Sequence record: SRR31156797_9558
DNA length: 34,550 bases
Reading direction: 5' to 3' (one strand)
The notes under the pieces were generated by a model. That model searched no databases, was not told the origin of the DNA, and saw only the letters and a program-made list of their open reading frames with translations. Made by a program: the position numbers and the translations under genes. This document shows, piece by piece, positions 34,487 to 34,550 of this stretch (positions within the stretch are counted from its first letter, which is position 1; every line of letters begins with the position of its first letter).

Positions 34487-34550
34487 GTTGTATAAAAATG
34501 TGTGAGCGCGAATTTAGAAAAAATTGGGCAAAAAAAAAGAGCCTTGAGGG

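Noticed and set aside
34525-34550. Possible tRNA end or terminator at the window edge
   Set aside because: An A-run followed by gagccttgaggg is cut off by the window end and is too short to call.

Overview
AT-rich chromosomal window from a Bacteroidota (probably Bacteroidales-type) bacterium, judged from gldE/gldD, two T9SS type-A C-terminal domains and several TAnnTTTG promoter elements. The species cannot be determined from the sequence alone. About 27 CDS are present, mostly housekeeping (ssb, gldE, gldD, PPTase, GGGP/HepGP synthase, ychF, hldD, Cof-like HAD, long RelA/SpoT, suhB-like, mtaB, class III aminotransferase, TrmH). No rRNA, tRNA, CRISPR array, transposase or integrase was seen. 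Two regions stand out. (1) At 10.6-12.65 kb, a very AT-rich T9SS-secreted beta-propeller gene sits between the two arms of an inverted REP/REPIN-like element (27/29-bp core), among short tandem repeats and further palindromes. A sharp GC step separates the passenger from its secretion signal. (2) At 20.6-27.6 kb is a putative B12-dependent light-response cluster: CarH/LitR-type regulator, lipocalin, photolyase, TIGR01777 SDR, TonB-dependent receptor and a DUF2271-like protein with a flavinylation motif. TGTTTAA/TAAACA candidate operator sites lie upstream of three of these genes. Several proteins carry degenerate catalytic motifs: PafA-like phosphatase, YchF, the RSH hydrolase domain and a membrane-anchored pseudo-receiver. 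All family calls come from motif recognition by eye, not database searches.
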